Source: Leptolyngbyaceae cyanobacterium (lineage in GTDB: Bacteria; Cyanobacteriota; Cyanobacteriia; Phormidesmidales; Phormidesmidaceae). From it: DNA of 52,076 nucleotides. The translations under genes were made by a program, and so were the position numbers. Below are positions 18,486-27,470 of this stretch, in pieces; the first letter of the stretch is position 1; each line of letters starts with the position of its first letter. The notes under the pieces are model-generated. The model was not told the DNA's origin and did not search any database. It saw only the letters and a program-made list of their open reading frames with translations. The stretch is from contig CBDHHL010000053.1 in NCBI GenBank assembly GCA_965263355.1, positions 1-52,076 of the forward strand. The letters run 5' to 3'.

Positions 18486-18891
18486 TTATAAGTCCCTAGG
18501 AAGGTCCTGTCTAGTATAAGGGAAAGTCTATCCTGGCAGCCACTGTCAGAACATTTCACAAATAGCACCACCAGCTTTTCTCTGAAGTAACTTAACATCA
18601 GTGAAAGTGAAGAGCTATGACTTTATCAATCATAGCGACTTTCAGATAACTAACATTGTCCCTTACAATCACAGACAACTAGTTGGCGATAAAGCAAGCA
18701 ACCTGTAGAACACGGTTTTGATTTGCGACATTTAGCTCTTTTTGCCAAAGTCTAGGAAATCATAGACATTCATAATGATTTAGCACTTTCAGCGGGAGTT
18801 TCCGCCAATATGTGAGGGGCATGTGGATCTTAACTGCCTGAATCTGGGCAAACTTGCAGAAGTGCGCATAGCAACGGATTGTAGTGATGCC

Positions 18892-20640
18892 ATGAATAAA
18901 CAACAGCCAATCTCCATCCCGATTGGCCTTAAAGTCTTTGGAATTGCTGTGAGCTTACTCGGGCTATTACTGCTCGTTGCGTATAACTCCCACCAAAAAC
19001 TACGCCAACTCCGAAACGAGATTGGAGATCTGGCTGAATATATTATTCCGATCACCAATCTTGTCGATGAAGTTGATACCCAGGCACTTGAGCAAGAGAT
19101 CCATTTAGAGAGGATTTTAAAGCTCTATGAGGCGGAGCCACTGGACTTAGAACGCATTACCCATGAAAAACAACAATTCGAAGACCGCAGCCAGCAGGTA
19201 GATGTTGAGATTGCAGCAGCCATTAACCTTAGTCAGGAAGCGGTTACTCAAGCAATAATACAGGCCGATCGGGAGGAGTTAAGTCGAATTGGACCCCAAC
19301 TCACCCAGATTGAACAAGAGCATCAAGATTTTTATAATCACGCGGTTAAACTGCTGCAGCAACTGGAGGCAGGAGAACGAGGGAAGCAAATTTATACATT
19401 AGAACTGCAAATTGAGGCAGAGGAGGATCATCTCAATCAAGAGATTGAAGCAATCCTGGATGAACTTGGCAGCTACACCATTCATATGGTGCAATTGAGT
19501 AAACACCATCAAGCAGAGGTGCTGCGGAATAGCGTGTTGATTACAATAGGTGCCGTCGGACTAGGTTTGGCCTATGCTTCAGGCTTAACCTTCAGTATTG
19601 TTCATCCTTTGCGACACCTAACTAATCAGGTTCAAAGCTTGCAACAAGGTCAAGCGATCAACACCTTAAACCTCAAATCCAATGATGAAGTTGGACTTTT
19701 AAATGACACCTTTAATCATTTACTAAAGGAACTAGAGCAGAAAGAAAAACTTAAAGCCTTGTTTGGCAAGTATGTTGATCCTCGCGTGGTTAAACAACAT
19801 GAACAGCAGGGCAAGGCCTTACAAACGACTGGTGAGAAACAAATTGTGACTGTCTTAATGTCAGACATTGATGGATTTCAAAGCATTTCACAGACCCTGA
19901 TGCCTGAACAATTAGTAGATGTGATCAATCGTTATCTGAGTCTGTTATCTGCCACTGTGTCTGCTCAACACGGCTTCATCGAATTTGTAGATACGGTCAT
20001 CAAAGGATTTTGGACACCCCCTTTTGTGAGTGAAACTGCTCATGCCCAAGCTGCTTGTGAGGCTGCACTTGATCAAGTTGCAAAATTACCACAGCTGCGA
20101 CAGCTAATCCAACAGGCGACTAATGCGACAGCTGCTATTGCTGAAATTGATTTACATATTGGTCTGGCTACAGGTCCGTTAATCCTAGCCAATATAGGGC
20201 CTGAGTGGGCAACCGTTTATAGTGTCCTAGGCGATACCGTAAATACTGCTGCCCGTCTTAGGGGGGCTGCTAAGCAGTTTGGTATTCAAATCTTATTATT
20301 AGAAGAAACTCAGCAGCAGGTTCAGACAACGATGGTGACTCGTGAAATCGGCTTAGTTCAGGTTGTCGGTAAAGATGACAAACTTCGTGTTTTTGAACTT
20401 TTAGGTCGTCAAGGTGAGGTATCACCTAAAAAAATAGAATGGATAACAGCTTTCAGTCAGGGTTTAACCGCTTATCGTCAAAAAGCGTGGGATGAAGCAA
20501 CAGCAAAATTTGAGGCTTGTGTGCAGCTATGCCCTCAAGATAGACCGACCCAACACTATCTCCAGTCAATTGAGACATTGCGAGAGCAGGTCTTATTGAC
20601 AGACTGGGACGGTGTCTGGAAATTAACTCAGAAAGCATAA
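18892..20640 (+). CDS. Membrane-bound class III nucleotide cyclase, subunit A (2 TM, helical sensor, HAMP, cyclase domain, TPR-like tail)
   Basis: FGKYVDP.VV, VTVLMSDIDGF, IGLATG, YSVLGDTVNTAARL, WDGVW; KFIGD motif altered to EFVDT; ATG 18892 preferred. Confidence 0.9.
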   Translation: MNKQQPISIPIGLKVFGIAVSLLGLLLLVAYNSHQKLRQLRNEIGDLAEYIIPITNLVDEVDTQALEQEIHLERILKLYEAEPLDLERITHEKQQFEDRSQQVDVEIAAAINLSQEAVTQAIIQADREELSRIGPQLTQIEQEHQDFYNHAVKLLQQLEAGERGKQIYTLELQIEAEEDHLNQEIEAILDELGSYTIHMVQLSKHHQAEVLRNSVLITIGAVGLGLAYASGLTFSIVHPLRHLTNQVQSLQQGQAINTLNLKSNDEVGLLNDTFNHLLKELEQKEKLKALFGKYVDPRVVKQHEQQGKALQTTGEKQIVTVLMSDIDGFQSISQTLMPEQLVDVINRYLSLLSATVSAQHGFIEFVDTVIKGFWTPPFVSETAHAQAACEAALDQVAKLPQLRQLIQQATNATAAIAEIDLHIGLATGPLILANIGPEWATVYSVLGDTVNTAARLRGAAKQFGIQILLLEETQQQVQTTMVTREIGLVQVVGKDDKLRVFELLGRQGEVSPKKIEWITAFSQGLTAYRQKAWDEATAKFEACVQLCPQDRPTQHYLQSIETLREQVLLTDWDGVWKLTQKA

Positions 20641-20662
20641 AGAATTGAATATAAGCACTGTG

Positions 20663-22351
20663 ATGAAGTTTCTGCCGAAGCTATCAATTGGCCTCAAAAT
20701 CTACAGTCTGGTGGCAATGATTCTGATCATTTTGATGGGAGTTGCACTCAGTAATTATCAGCGTATGCGACGGGTAAATCAGGATGTTTTAGTTCTGGCA
20801 GAATATACAGCTCCCCTCAAAAAACATATTGCCAGTATTAATATCTATGCCCTGGAACAGGAAGTTCATTTTGAAAGAATGCTACGTATCCTTGAAGCTG
20901 AAATGCCTGACAAAGAACATTTTGGCCTTGAACAGCAACGCTTTGAAACCTTGGGCACGTTGGTGGATGAAGAGTTAGAGTCAGCCTTAGCCTTGGCTGA
21001 AACGGCGATGACCAATACATCTGATTCTCCGACAACTGTTCAATTTGCGCGGCTCAGCCCCTGGTTAGAGATTGTCGAAGAAGATCATCAAGACTTTCAG
21101 GATCAGGCCCTAAAAATTGTTAATTTGGTGCAAACGGAGCAAGGCGAAGCCGCCCGTTTACTGGATATTGAATTAGAAAGACGCGAAGAAATTTTCAATC
21201 AACGTATCTATGCAATTTTGCTTGATTTAGACCAATTTGCCGCCAAAACGGCGCAAACTATCGAGGTCCACGAGCAAAATTTGGTACGATTCAATCTCTG
21301 GCTGACAGCAATTGCCACAATTTCAGGGTTGGCTCTGGCAGCTATCCTGACTTTACGCCTGACCAACCCAGTTAAAAAGCTCGTTCAGGGGGCTCAATTA
21401 GTAGAGGCAGGTAATCTCGATACCGAGGTTGAAGTTCAATCTGGCGATGAGATTGAAACCCTAGCCAACTCTTTTAACATCATGATTCGGGATGTGCGTC
21501 AAAAACAAATCCTCAAAGAAGCCTTTGGGCAATATATTGATCCCCGCATTGTTGAGACTTTGATTGCTGAGCAAGCAGAGCAACAGGGACGAAAGGAAGT
21601 CATGACCGTGTTTTTCTCTGATTTGGCTAAGTTCAGTACAATCAGTGAACTGCTCACACCAACGCGCCTGGTTACCCTGATTAACCAGTATCTGACCCTG
21701 GCTACAGTTCCCATTATAGAAACACAGGGGGTGATTGATAAATTCATTGGGGACGCGATCGTTGCATTTTGGGGGCCACCCTTTGTGGCAGCTGCTGAAC
21801 ATGCACAACTTGCCTGTCAGACAGCCTTGGAACAAGCAACCCAATTACGCAAACTTCAGCGGCTCTTACCCGAGATTATTGGTATCCGCAAAGGAATCCC
21901 CAAGTTAGGTGTTCGCGTTGGACTCGATACAGGTGAGTTAGTACTTGGCAATATTGGGACTGAACATTTACAGTCCTATACCGTCATGGGACGAGCTGTA
22001 GAAATTGCTGAGCAACTGGAAAGCGCCAATAAGCGTTATGGCACACAGATTTTACTGACCGAACGGACGCGACAATTAGCAGGAGATGCCATTGAAGTAC
22101 GTGAAATTGATTGTCTACCAATTGGTGATAACAATACTCTCTTACCGATCTATGAATTGTTGGCCTGTGGCATTGAGTTAGATGAAGCAGTCGCAGAATT
22201 AAGAGACTATTTCAGCCAGGGGCTGCAGGCTTATCGGCAAGAAGATTGGTCAATAGCGCGATCGCACTTTGAAAGCTGCCTTAAGATTGAGCACAATGAC
22301 GGCCCTGCAAAATTTTATCTCAAGCAATTAAGTCAGTTAGCTAGGGCCTAA
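20663..22351 (+). CDS. Membrane-bound class III nucleotide cyclase, subunit B (same architecture)
   Basis: FGQYIDP.IV, TVFFSDLAKF, IDKFIGDAIVAFWG, RVGLDTG; GDTVNxAxR motif altered to GRAVEIAEQ; ATG 20663 preferred. Confidence 0.9.
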   Translation: MKFLPKLSIGLKIYSLVAMILIILMGVALSNYQRMRRVNQDVLVLAEYTAPLKKHIASINIYALEQEVHFERMLRILEAEMPDKEHFGLEQQRFETLGTLVDEELESALALAETAMTNTSDSPTTVQFARLSPWLEIVEEDHQDFQDQALKIVNLVQTEQGEAARLLDIELERREEIFNQRIYAILLDLDQFAAKTAQTIEVHEQNLVRFNLWLTAIATISGLALAAILTLRLTNPVKKLVQGAQLVEAGNLDTEVEVQSGDEIETLANSFNIMIRDVRQKQILKEAFGQYIDPRIVETLIAEQAEQQGRKEVMTVFFSDLAKFSTISELLTPTRLVTLINQYLTLATVPIIETQGVIDKFIGDAIVAFWGPPFVAAAEHAQLACQTALEQATQLRKLQRLLPEIIGIRKGIPKLGVRVGLDTGELVLGNIGTEHLQSYTVMGRAVEIAEQLESANKRYGTQILLTERTRQLAGDAIEVREIDCLPIGDNNTLLPIYELLACGIELDEAVAELRDYFSQGLQAYRQEDWSIARSHFESCLKIEHNDGPAKFYLKQLSQLARA

Positions 22352-22716
22352 ACTGTAGGAAAGCATCCAATAGACCTGGCCCAATAACGTTAGCCTATAG
22401 ACAGTTTGGGGTACGCTATGGGACGAAATTGTGTACAGGTGACTAGTCGTTAATTCTTACCTAACACACTTGTCCATTTTAACCGAAAACGTCCACTGCA
22501 CTGCTAAACTCACTGCTGTTAAGCAGCCCCGATTCAAGTATTAGACTTTATAGTTACCGTTCGGCTGGACTCGACAGCGGCCTCATCAGCACTATCCGGG
22601 CCATTTCTTGTGCCACTTGATCTTTCTGGAATCTTAGCAACCTCTCTAACTAAGAGGCTGAGGCTAACCATTGTAGCGCTCATGCAGCTTTAAGGTGATG
22701 CATTAGAGGTCCATGT

Positions 22717-22941
22717 GTGCTTCCTCTGAATCGAGAAAATGTTCGTAGTCCGGCGCGCTCCGTGGCCAATGTAGAATTTCACCACGCTGGGGACGAAATT
22801 GACAATATTGCCCGAAAAGTCGTTAGAGAGCTAGAGTCACGAGGCGTACGTGCCCTGAATCCAGCGCTGGGCTTTCCCATGGAAGCCCAGGATTTTCCAG
22901 AAAAGTGTTGGATCATTTCCCATAAACCCATAGCTGTAGAG
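22717..22941 (+). pseudogene. Fragment of an epoxyqueuosine-reductase-like Fe-S protein
   Basis: NRENVRSPARSVANVEFHH...GFPME...WIISHKPIAV, truncated before the expected AG.G motif and Cys clusters. Confidence 0.55.
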
Positions 22942-23066
22942 GAAAGTCTGAAGCATAATTCCAAGCTAGTATTTTATTTAGCTACTAGCCCCTGAGGTCT
23001 GACAATGCACTAGGCTAAAATGTAATTAACTGGTCTGCAGTTTTACTTACACTAGAAGTAATTGAC

Positions 23067-23837
23067 ATGACCCTAAAAAAAACTACCTTACTTTTTTTAA
23101 TACTGATATTTACCCTAATCCTAATATTGATTCTGTTGAGGGGAGTTAACACGATAAAAGCCTATCCAGAATTTAGGAAATCACCTACTACTCGAATTGT
23201 CTTCTTCGGAGATTCTATAACAGCAGCTGGTGTTCGACCTGGTGGTTATGTCACAAGTATCAAAGACGCCTTGAAACAGCAATATCCTAATCACTCAATT
23301 GAGGTGATAGGCGCTGGCGTTAGTGGAAACAAAGTATCTGATCTGCAAACACGGCTTGAAAAAGATGTCATAGCAAAACGCCCTAACCATGTTGTCATCT
23401 ATATTGGTATAAATGATGTGTGGTATTTCTATGAGTTTGACCAGGTTACAGGCACTGATCGAGTGGCATTTGAGCAAGGATTACGTGATCTAATCGCGCG
23501 GATAAGAGAAACTGGTGCGGCGGTATCGCTGTGCACCCCCAGCGTGATAGGAGAAAACCCTGATAGTGGCACACCAGTGAATCAGCGTTTGATGGAGTAC
23601 GCAGACATTGCACGCACTGTCGCCAATACGTCAGAAGCCCACTTATGCGACCTGCGATCTGCGTTTGAGCAATACCTCCGGCTCCATAACCTTGACAAAG
23701 CGTATGAAGGAATCTTAACAACGGACGGCATTCATCTCAATGATGATGGAAATCGCTTTGTAGCACATTTCCTATTAGAGCATTTGCTTCCTTTGCTCAC
23801 TCCACTAGCAAAATTATCAACAGCCCCCTCTAACTAA
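23067..23837 (+). CDS. SGNH/GDSL hydrolase, membrane-anchored or secreted
   Basis: FFGDSIT, GVSG, GIND, DGIH blocks; hydrophobic N-terminus. Confidence 0.92.
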   Translation: MTLKKTTLLFLILIFTLILILILLRGVNTIKAYPEFRKSPTTRIVFFGDSITAAGVRPGGYVTSIKDALKQQYPNHSIEVIGAGVSGNKVSDLQTRLEKDVIAKRPNHVVIYIGINDVWYFYEFDQVTGTDRVAFEQGLRDLIARIRETGAAVSLCTPSVIGENPDSGTPVNQRLMEYADIARTVANTSEAHLCDLRSAFEQYLRLHNLDKAYEGILTTDGIHLNDDGNRFVAHFLLEHLLPLLTPLAKLSTAPSN

Positions 23838-23914
23838 CACGTTACAACGGACAGATTAAATTCCTGATATTCATTAGCAAGCCTGGAATTGCCGCTAAAC
23901 TAACTGCGTTAACT
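23832..23914 (+). other. attC-like recombination site
   Basis: AACTAAC overlapping the SGNH stop, ACAACGGAC ... GCCGCTAAAC inner boxes, GTTAACT end; 83 bp; next ATG at 23938. Confidence 0.4.
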
Positions 23915-23937
23915 CGATTAAGTAAAGAGGTTATTTA

Positions 23938-24690
23938 ATGAACTCTCGCCAAACAAACCCGTTCTTACGATGGTCCTTCCTGCGACTATTAATTGGTATG
24001 CCAAAGTTACTCAAAACATGGCAAGTTGGTGATGGTCGTGAGGAGAAACTTCTAAACCATGTCTTGACAACGGCTACGAAAGGCGATGCCCTTGGAGTAC
24101 TGCAAGCCATTGACGATTTTGCGTGGACGCAAAGTTACCTGATTAACGTCGGGGAGGAAAAAGGAAAGATTCTGGATGATGCTATAAACATAAAACAGCC
24201 TAGCAACATTTTGGAACTTGGCGCTTACTGTGGTTATAGTGCTCTGCGCATGGCGATAGTAGCACCGGACGCGAAGGTCACCGCTATTGAAATTAGTGAC
24301 GCTAATGCACAAATTGCCCGAGCCATTCATCAACATGCCGGGGTAAGTGAGCGCGTAGACATTCTGGTTGGCTCAATCGGAGATAATGGGCAAACGATTG
24401 CAATGCTGAAAGACAAGTATGTGGCAGAAAGAGGAGCATTCGATTTTATTTTTATTGATCATGACAAGAAATATTATTTATCAGATCTGCAAGCATTATT
24501 GAATAATAATCTCTTAGATAAATCTGTCCTGGTTGTTGCAGACAACGTCAAATTTCCAGGTGCGCCGGATTATCTTGCCTATATGGAGGAAAGTGAAGGC
24601 AAAATGTGGTGTACTGAACAGCATGAGACCCATGTAGAGTATCAAAATGTGATTAAGGACCTGGTTCTTGTTTCTCGGCTAATACACTAA
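23938..24690 (+). CDS. Catechol O-methyltransferase-like SAM-dependent O-methyltransferase
   Basis: NVG.EKG.ILD, LELGAYCGYS, FIDHDK..YL.DL, VADNV..PGAPDY. Confidence 0.9.
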   Translation: MNSRQTNPFLRWSFLRLLIGMPKLLKTWQVGDGREEKLLNHVLTTATKGDALGVLQAIDDFAWTQSYLINVGEEKGKILDDAINIKQPSNILELGAYCGYSALRMAIVAPDAKVTAIEISDANAQIARAIHQHAGVSERVDILVGSIGDNGQTIAMLKDKYVAERGAFDFIFIDHDKKYYLSDLQALLNNNLLDKSVLVVADNVKFPGAPDYLAYMEESEGKMWCTEQHETHVEYQNVIKDLVLVSRLIH

Positions 24691-24716
24691 AATGACGTTG
24701 TCAAATTTGGATCAGT

Positions 24717-25532
24717 ATGGGCAGTCGTAAAACCCTTTGGCGCGTTTGGACAACCCTATTGTTAGGAATGGGGTGTATGGCTGCGATCGCATGCACCCTC
24801 AACTCCCAAGACCTAGCATCCAGCTCCACTATGACGACATCTGATACCTATGGCTGCTACCGTGCAGGCCAGTGTGACCATGCCCTTGCCAGTTCTCAAC
24901 ACTGCCAAGCAGGCCGCGATTACACCATTACCAGCAGTCAGCAATTTAAGACTAATGTCGTGGTGTTATCAATCCACGGTGGCAAAATTGAACTTAAAAC
25001 CAGCCACATTAGCCATGCACTCGCCAAGCGGTACCAATGGAATCGCTATGACTTTGCTGGCCATGGCACAGCTCAATGCCTCTCAGGTCGTCGTAACTTT
25101 GATGTGCTCCATGTGACCTCTTCTAAATTTGACGAACCCCAGGCCCTAAAACTGGTGCGTGCTCATCCCAAGGCTGTTTCTATCCACGGGTATGGAAACC
25201 ATAATGGTTACCCTCCAGGCACCATTTGCGTCGGTGGACGAAACGCAACCCAGATCGCCGAATTCATTCGTCACATTGAAAACAATCAAGAGAGCTTTTC
25301 TGCCTATACCCTTATCCCCGTTGATGCCAGACATTTAAAGCCAGGGGATGTGTGCGCAGGCTTGGGAGGGACTGCTCCCCGTAACATTGTCAATCAAACG
25401 TCTACAGGCATGGGGCTGCAACTAGAACTAAGTGCGCAAATGCGTAATGATTTGACTAATCGCCAAAGCCCTCAGACAGCAGAGCTGCAAGATATTGTCT
25501 ATGGCGCTATTTACCAGGCCCTGTCTCTATAA
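24717..25532 (+). CDS. Poly-gamma-glutamate hydrolase (PghP/DUF867 family), predicted lipoprotein
   Basis: SIHGGKIE..TS, LHVTS..FDEP, VSIHG, NIVN, GLQLELS..MR; signal peptide ending in AIAC. Confidence 0.85.
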   Translation: MGSRKTLWRVWTTLLLGMGCMAAIACTLNSQDLASSSTMTTSDTYGCYRAGQCDHALASSQHCQAGRDYTITSSQQFKTNVVVLSIHGGKIELKTSHISHALAKRYQWNRYDFAGHGTAQCLSGRRNFDVLHVTSSKFDEPQALKLVRAHPKAVSIHGYGNHNGYPPGTICVGGRNATQIAEFIRHIENNQESFSAYTLIPVDARHLKPGDVCAGLGGTAPRNIVNQTSTGMGLQLELSAQMRNDLTNRQSPQTAELQDIVYGAIYQALSL

Positions 25533-25548
25533 AAGAAAACTTGATAAA

Positions 25549-25604
25549 TTGACCGATTTCTAACCGAATTATTCCCCAGATTTTACCACCAGGTTGCCTA
25601 GGGT
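25549..25604 (+). promoter_or_regulatory. 11-bp-period imperfect direct repeats before a -10-like TAGGGT; candidate OmpR-family binding array
   Basis: TTGACCGATTT CTAACCGAATT ATTCCCCAGAT TTTACCACC upstream of ATG 25632. Confidence 0.4.
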
Positions 25605-25631
25605 GAAGGTGTCGTTACATCTATCCTCGTT

Positions 25632-26300
25632 ATGACACCTTTGTACGTTAAACTCTCTGCTGCAGTCCTCGGAACCCTTACCATTACAACAACAGCATTA
25701 GGCATGACCTGTAACGCTAGTGAGATGCCAGATTGTCCTGATACATTTGATGGCTTAAATCTGAGCGACCAGCAGCAGACTCAGCTATGGCAGCTGGAAG
25801 AAGATTTAGATCGCCAAATTGAGACCATTATGCCTGTTTCTGACGAAACAGAAATGGCGATTGAGCAGCTGGAGATACAAGTTGAGCAACAGATAAGTTC
25901 ACTATTATCTTCACAGCAAACGCAACAGATTGAGGAGCTAGATACCTGGATAGATCAAGAGTTCATGGCGATTGTACCTGAATGGTTTGAAGAAGAGGAG
26001 GAAGAGCAAGAGTCCCCCTTAACGCCAGATCAAGTCCAAAAAGTAGACGCCCTTGAAAAAGACTATGAGCAGCGATTACAGAACCTGTTAACTGCCGAAC
26101 AACAGGAGGAGATTAAACGTTTAGAAGAAAAGCTAGATGAGGACATCGACGCCCTGCTACCTGAACCGAGTACTGACCAGGAGGAAAAAATTATCGCTGC
26201 TGAAGAAGCCTTTGAAGATAAGGTCAGTCAGCTCCTTACCCCTGAACAATTACAAATCGTTGAACAAAATCTTACCTGTGAGTGGCCTGACGATGAGTAA
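25632..26300 (+). CDS. Secreted, highly acidic Spy/CpxP-like (LTxxQ repeat) protein
   Basis: Signal peptide; LNLSDQQ, LSSQQ, LTPDQ, LTAEQ, LTPEQ repeats; very Glu/Asp-rich including EEEEEE. Confidence 0.7.
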   Translation: MTPLYVKLSAAVLGTLTITTTALGMTCNASEMPDCPDTFDGLNLSDQQQTQLWQLEEDLDRQIETIMPVSDETEMAIEQLEIQVEQQISSLLSSQQTQQIEELDTWIDQEFMAIVPEWFEEEEEEQESPLTPDQVQKVDALEKDYEQRLQNLLTAEQQEEIKRLEEKLDEDIDALLPEPSTDQEEKIIAAEEAFEDKVSQLLTPEQLQIVEQNLTCEWPDDE

Positions 26301-26331
26301 ATTCCTTTGCGAAATATAAGAGTTTCCTAAC

Positions 26332-26367
26332 CCTGCTAGGGGCATTGCATGCAATGCCCCTAGCAGG
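26332..26367. repeat. REP-type perfect palindrome between convergent genes
   Basis: CCTGCTAGGGGCATTGCATGCAATGCCCCTAGCAGG, 36 bp. Confidence 0.85.
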
Positions 26368-26380
26368 AAAACCTATCCCG

Positions 26381-27388
26381 CTAAGACAATGCCCATATAC
26401 CCACCATGGATGTAGCAATCAAAAGGGCCATGCACCGCAAAACAGGTTTTGTGCGATACAAAATAGCATCATTAACACAGGACAACATAGCAATATTAAG
26501 TAAGTAAGAGCTACCATATCCAATATGCTGAGCCATGGCGGGTACCGTAGCGTGTAGCCACAGCTCACTCCCCCACAGGTAAAGTGTACTCAGACACAAC
26601 ACCACGACATAACGTTTTAATCCTACGGTGAGTGTGCGTTCACAAAACCATTGGGCGATTTGGTACACCAAAACACAGCCGATTAAAAAATGTAGGCCCA
26701 TCAAGGAATCAAACATGGTTAGGGCAATAATGGGCGTGACCATATAGCCCCCAGACCGAATATCTTGATGACGATAGATCAGATATCCGAGCCCTAAGGA
26801 GAGAAAGTAGTGAATCAGTGGGTATTGAAGTTGCATTGCAGGATTGGCCTCTAGATTGATCCCTGGATTGATCGCAGTGTGAACCAGAGATGAATTACCC
26901 AAGCTAAGACCCAAGATATGTAGCAATCCCAAAATCCCTAAAACACCTGCCAGGGTAAGCCCTGTACATAGAACAACCGCTCGACTTACCCGACCAACAT
27001 TTTGTTTCCCCAGATTAAAGGCAATCACACCAGGGAGTATGGTACCGATTTGGGTATCTAGGGAAAAGTCTAGCCAGCCAAAATAGTTATAACCGAGGGC
27101 AACCAGGGTAGAAATTGTAAGGGAAAGACAGGCCAAAATATACATAGGAGTGCGACGTTTGTAATCAGTTCGTCGCAGCCATTGCTGATATATCCAATAC
27201 ACCAAAACGGATAAGCCCAATACTGTTACAAACCATAGGGGTGAAATGGTGAGCAACACCACTAAACTACCCGGTACAATTAGTCCTCCAGGGATAACAC
27301 CGTAGGTGCTGCGATATTGAATGGCGATAAAAACACCGACGAGTAAGGCAAAGTGATGAATGCTAGATGTGTTGAGGAGAGCAAGCAT
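26381..27388 (-). CDS. pgsC: Poly-gamma-glutamate synthase membrane subunit with two tandem CapC domains
   Basis: YGVIPGGLIVPG and IG.ILPGVIA; second repeat DIRSGGYMVTP; 335 aa from ATG 27388; directly downstream of pgsB. Confidence 0.85.
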   Translation of the reverse strand: MLALLNTSSIHHFALLVGVFIAIQYRSTYGVIPGGLIVPGSLVVLLTISPLWFVTVLGLSVLVYWIYQQWLRRTDYKRRTPMYILACLSLTISTLVALGYNYFGWLDFSLDTQIGTILPGVIAFNLGKQNVGRVSRAVVLCTGLTLAGVLGILGLLHILGLSLGNSSLVHTAINPGINLEANPAMQLQYPLIHYFLSLGLGYLIYRHQDIRSGGYMVTPIIALTMFDSLMGLHFLIGCVLVYQIAQWFCERTLTVGLKRYVVVLCLSTLYLWGSELWLHATVPAMAQHIGYGSSYLLNIAMLSCVNDAILYRTKPVLRCMALLIATSMVGIWALS

Positions 27389-27431
27389 GATGTTGAATCG
27401 TAAAAGTTTATTGTTGAGTTGTTCTTTTCCA

Positions 27432-27458
27432 TAGGGGCATTGCATGCAAGGCTCCTAC
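27432..27458. repeat. Degenerate REP palindrome in the pgsB-pgsC gap
   Basis: TAGGGGCATTGCATGCAAGGCTCCTAC. Confidence 0.7.
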
Positions 27459-27470
27459 GGAACTCACTTA

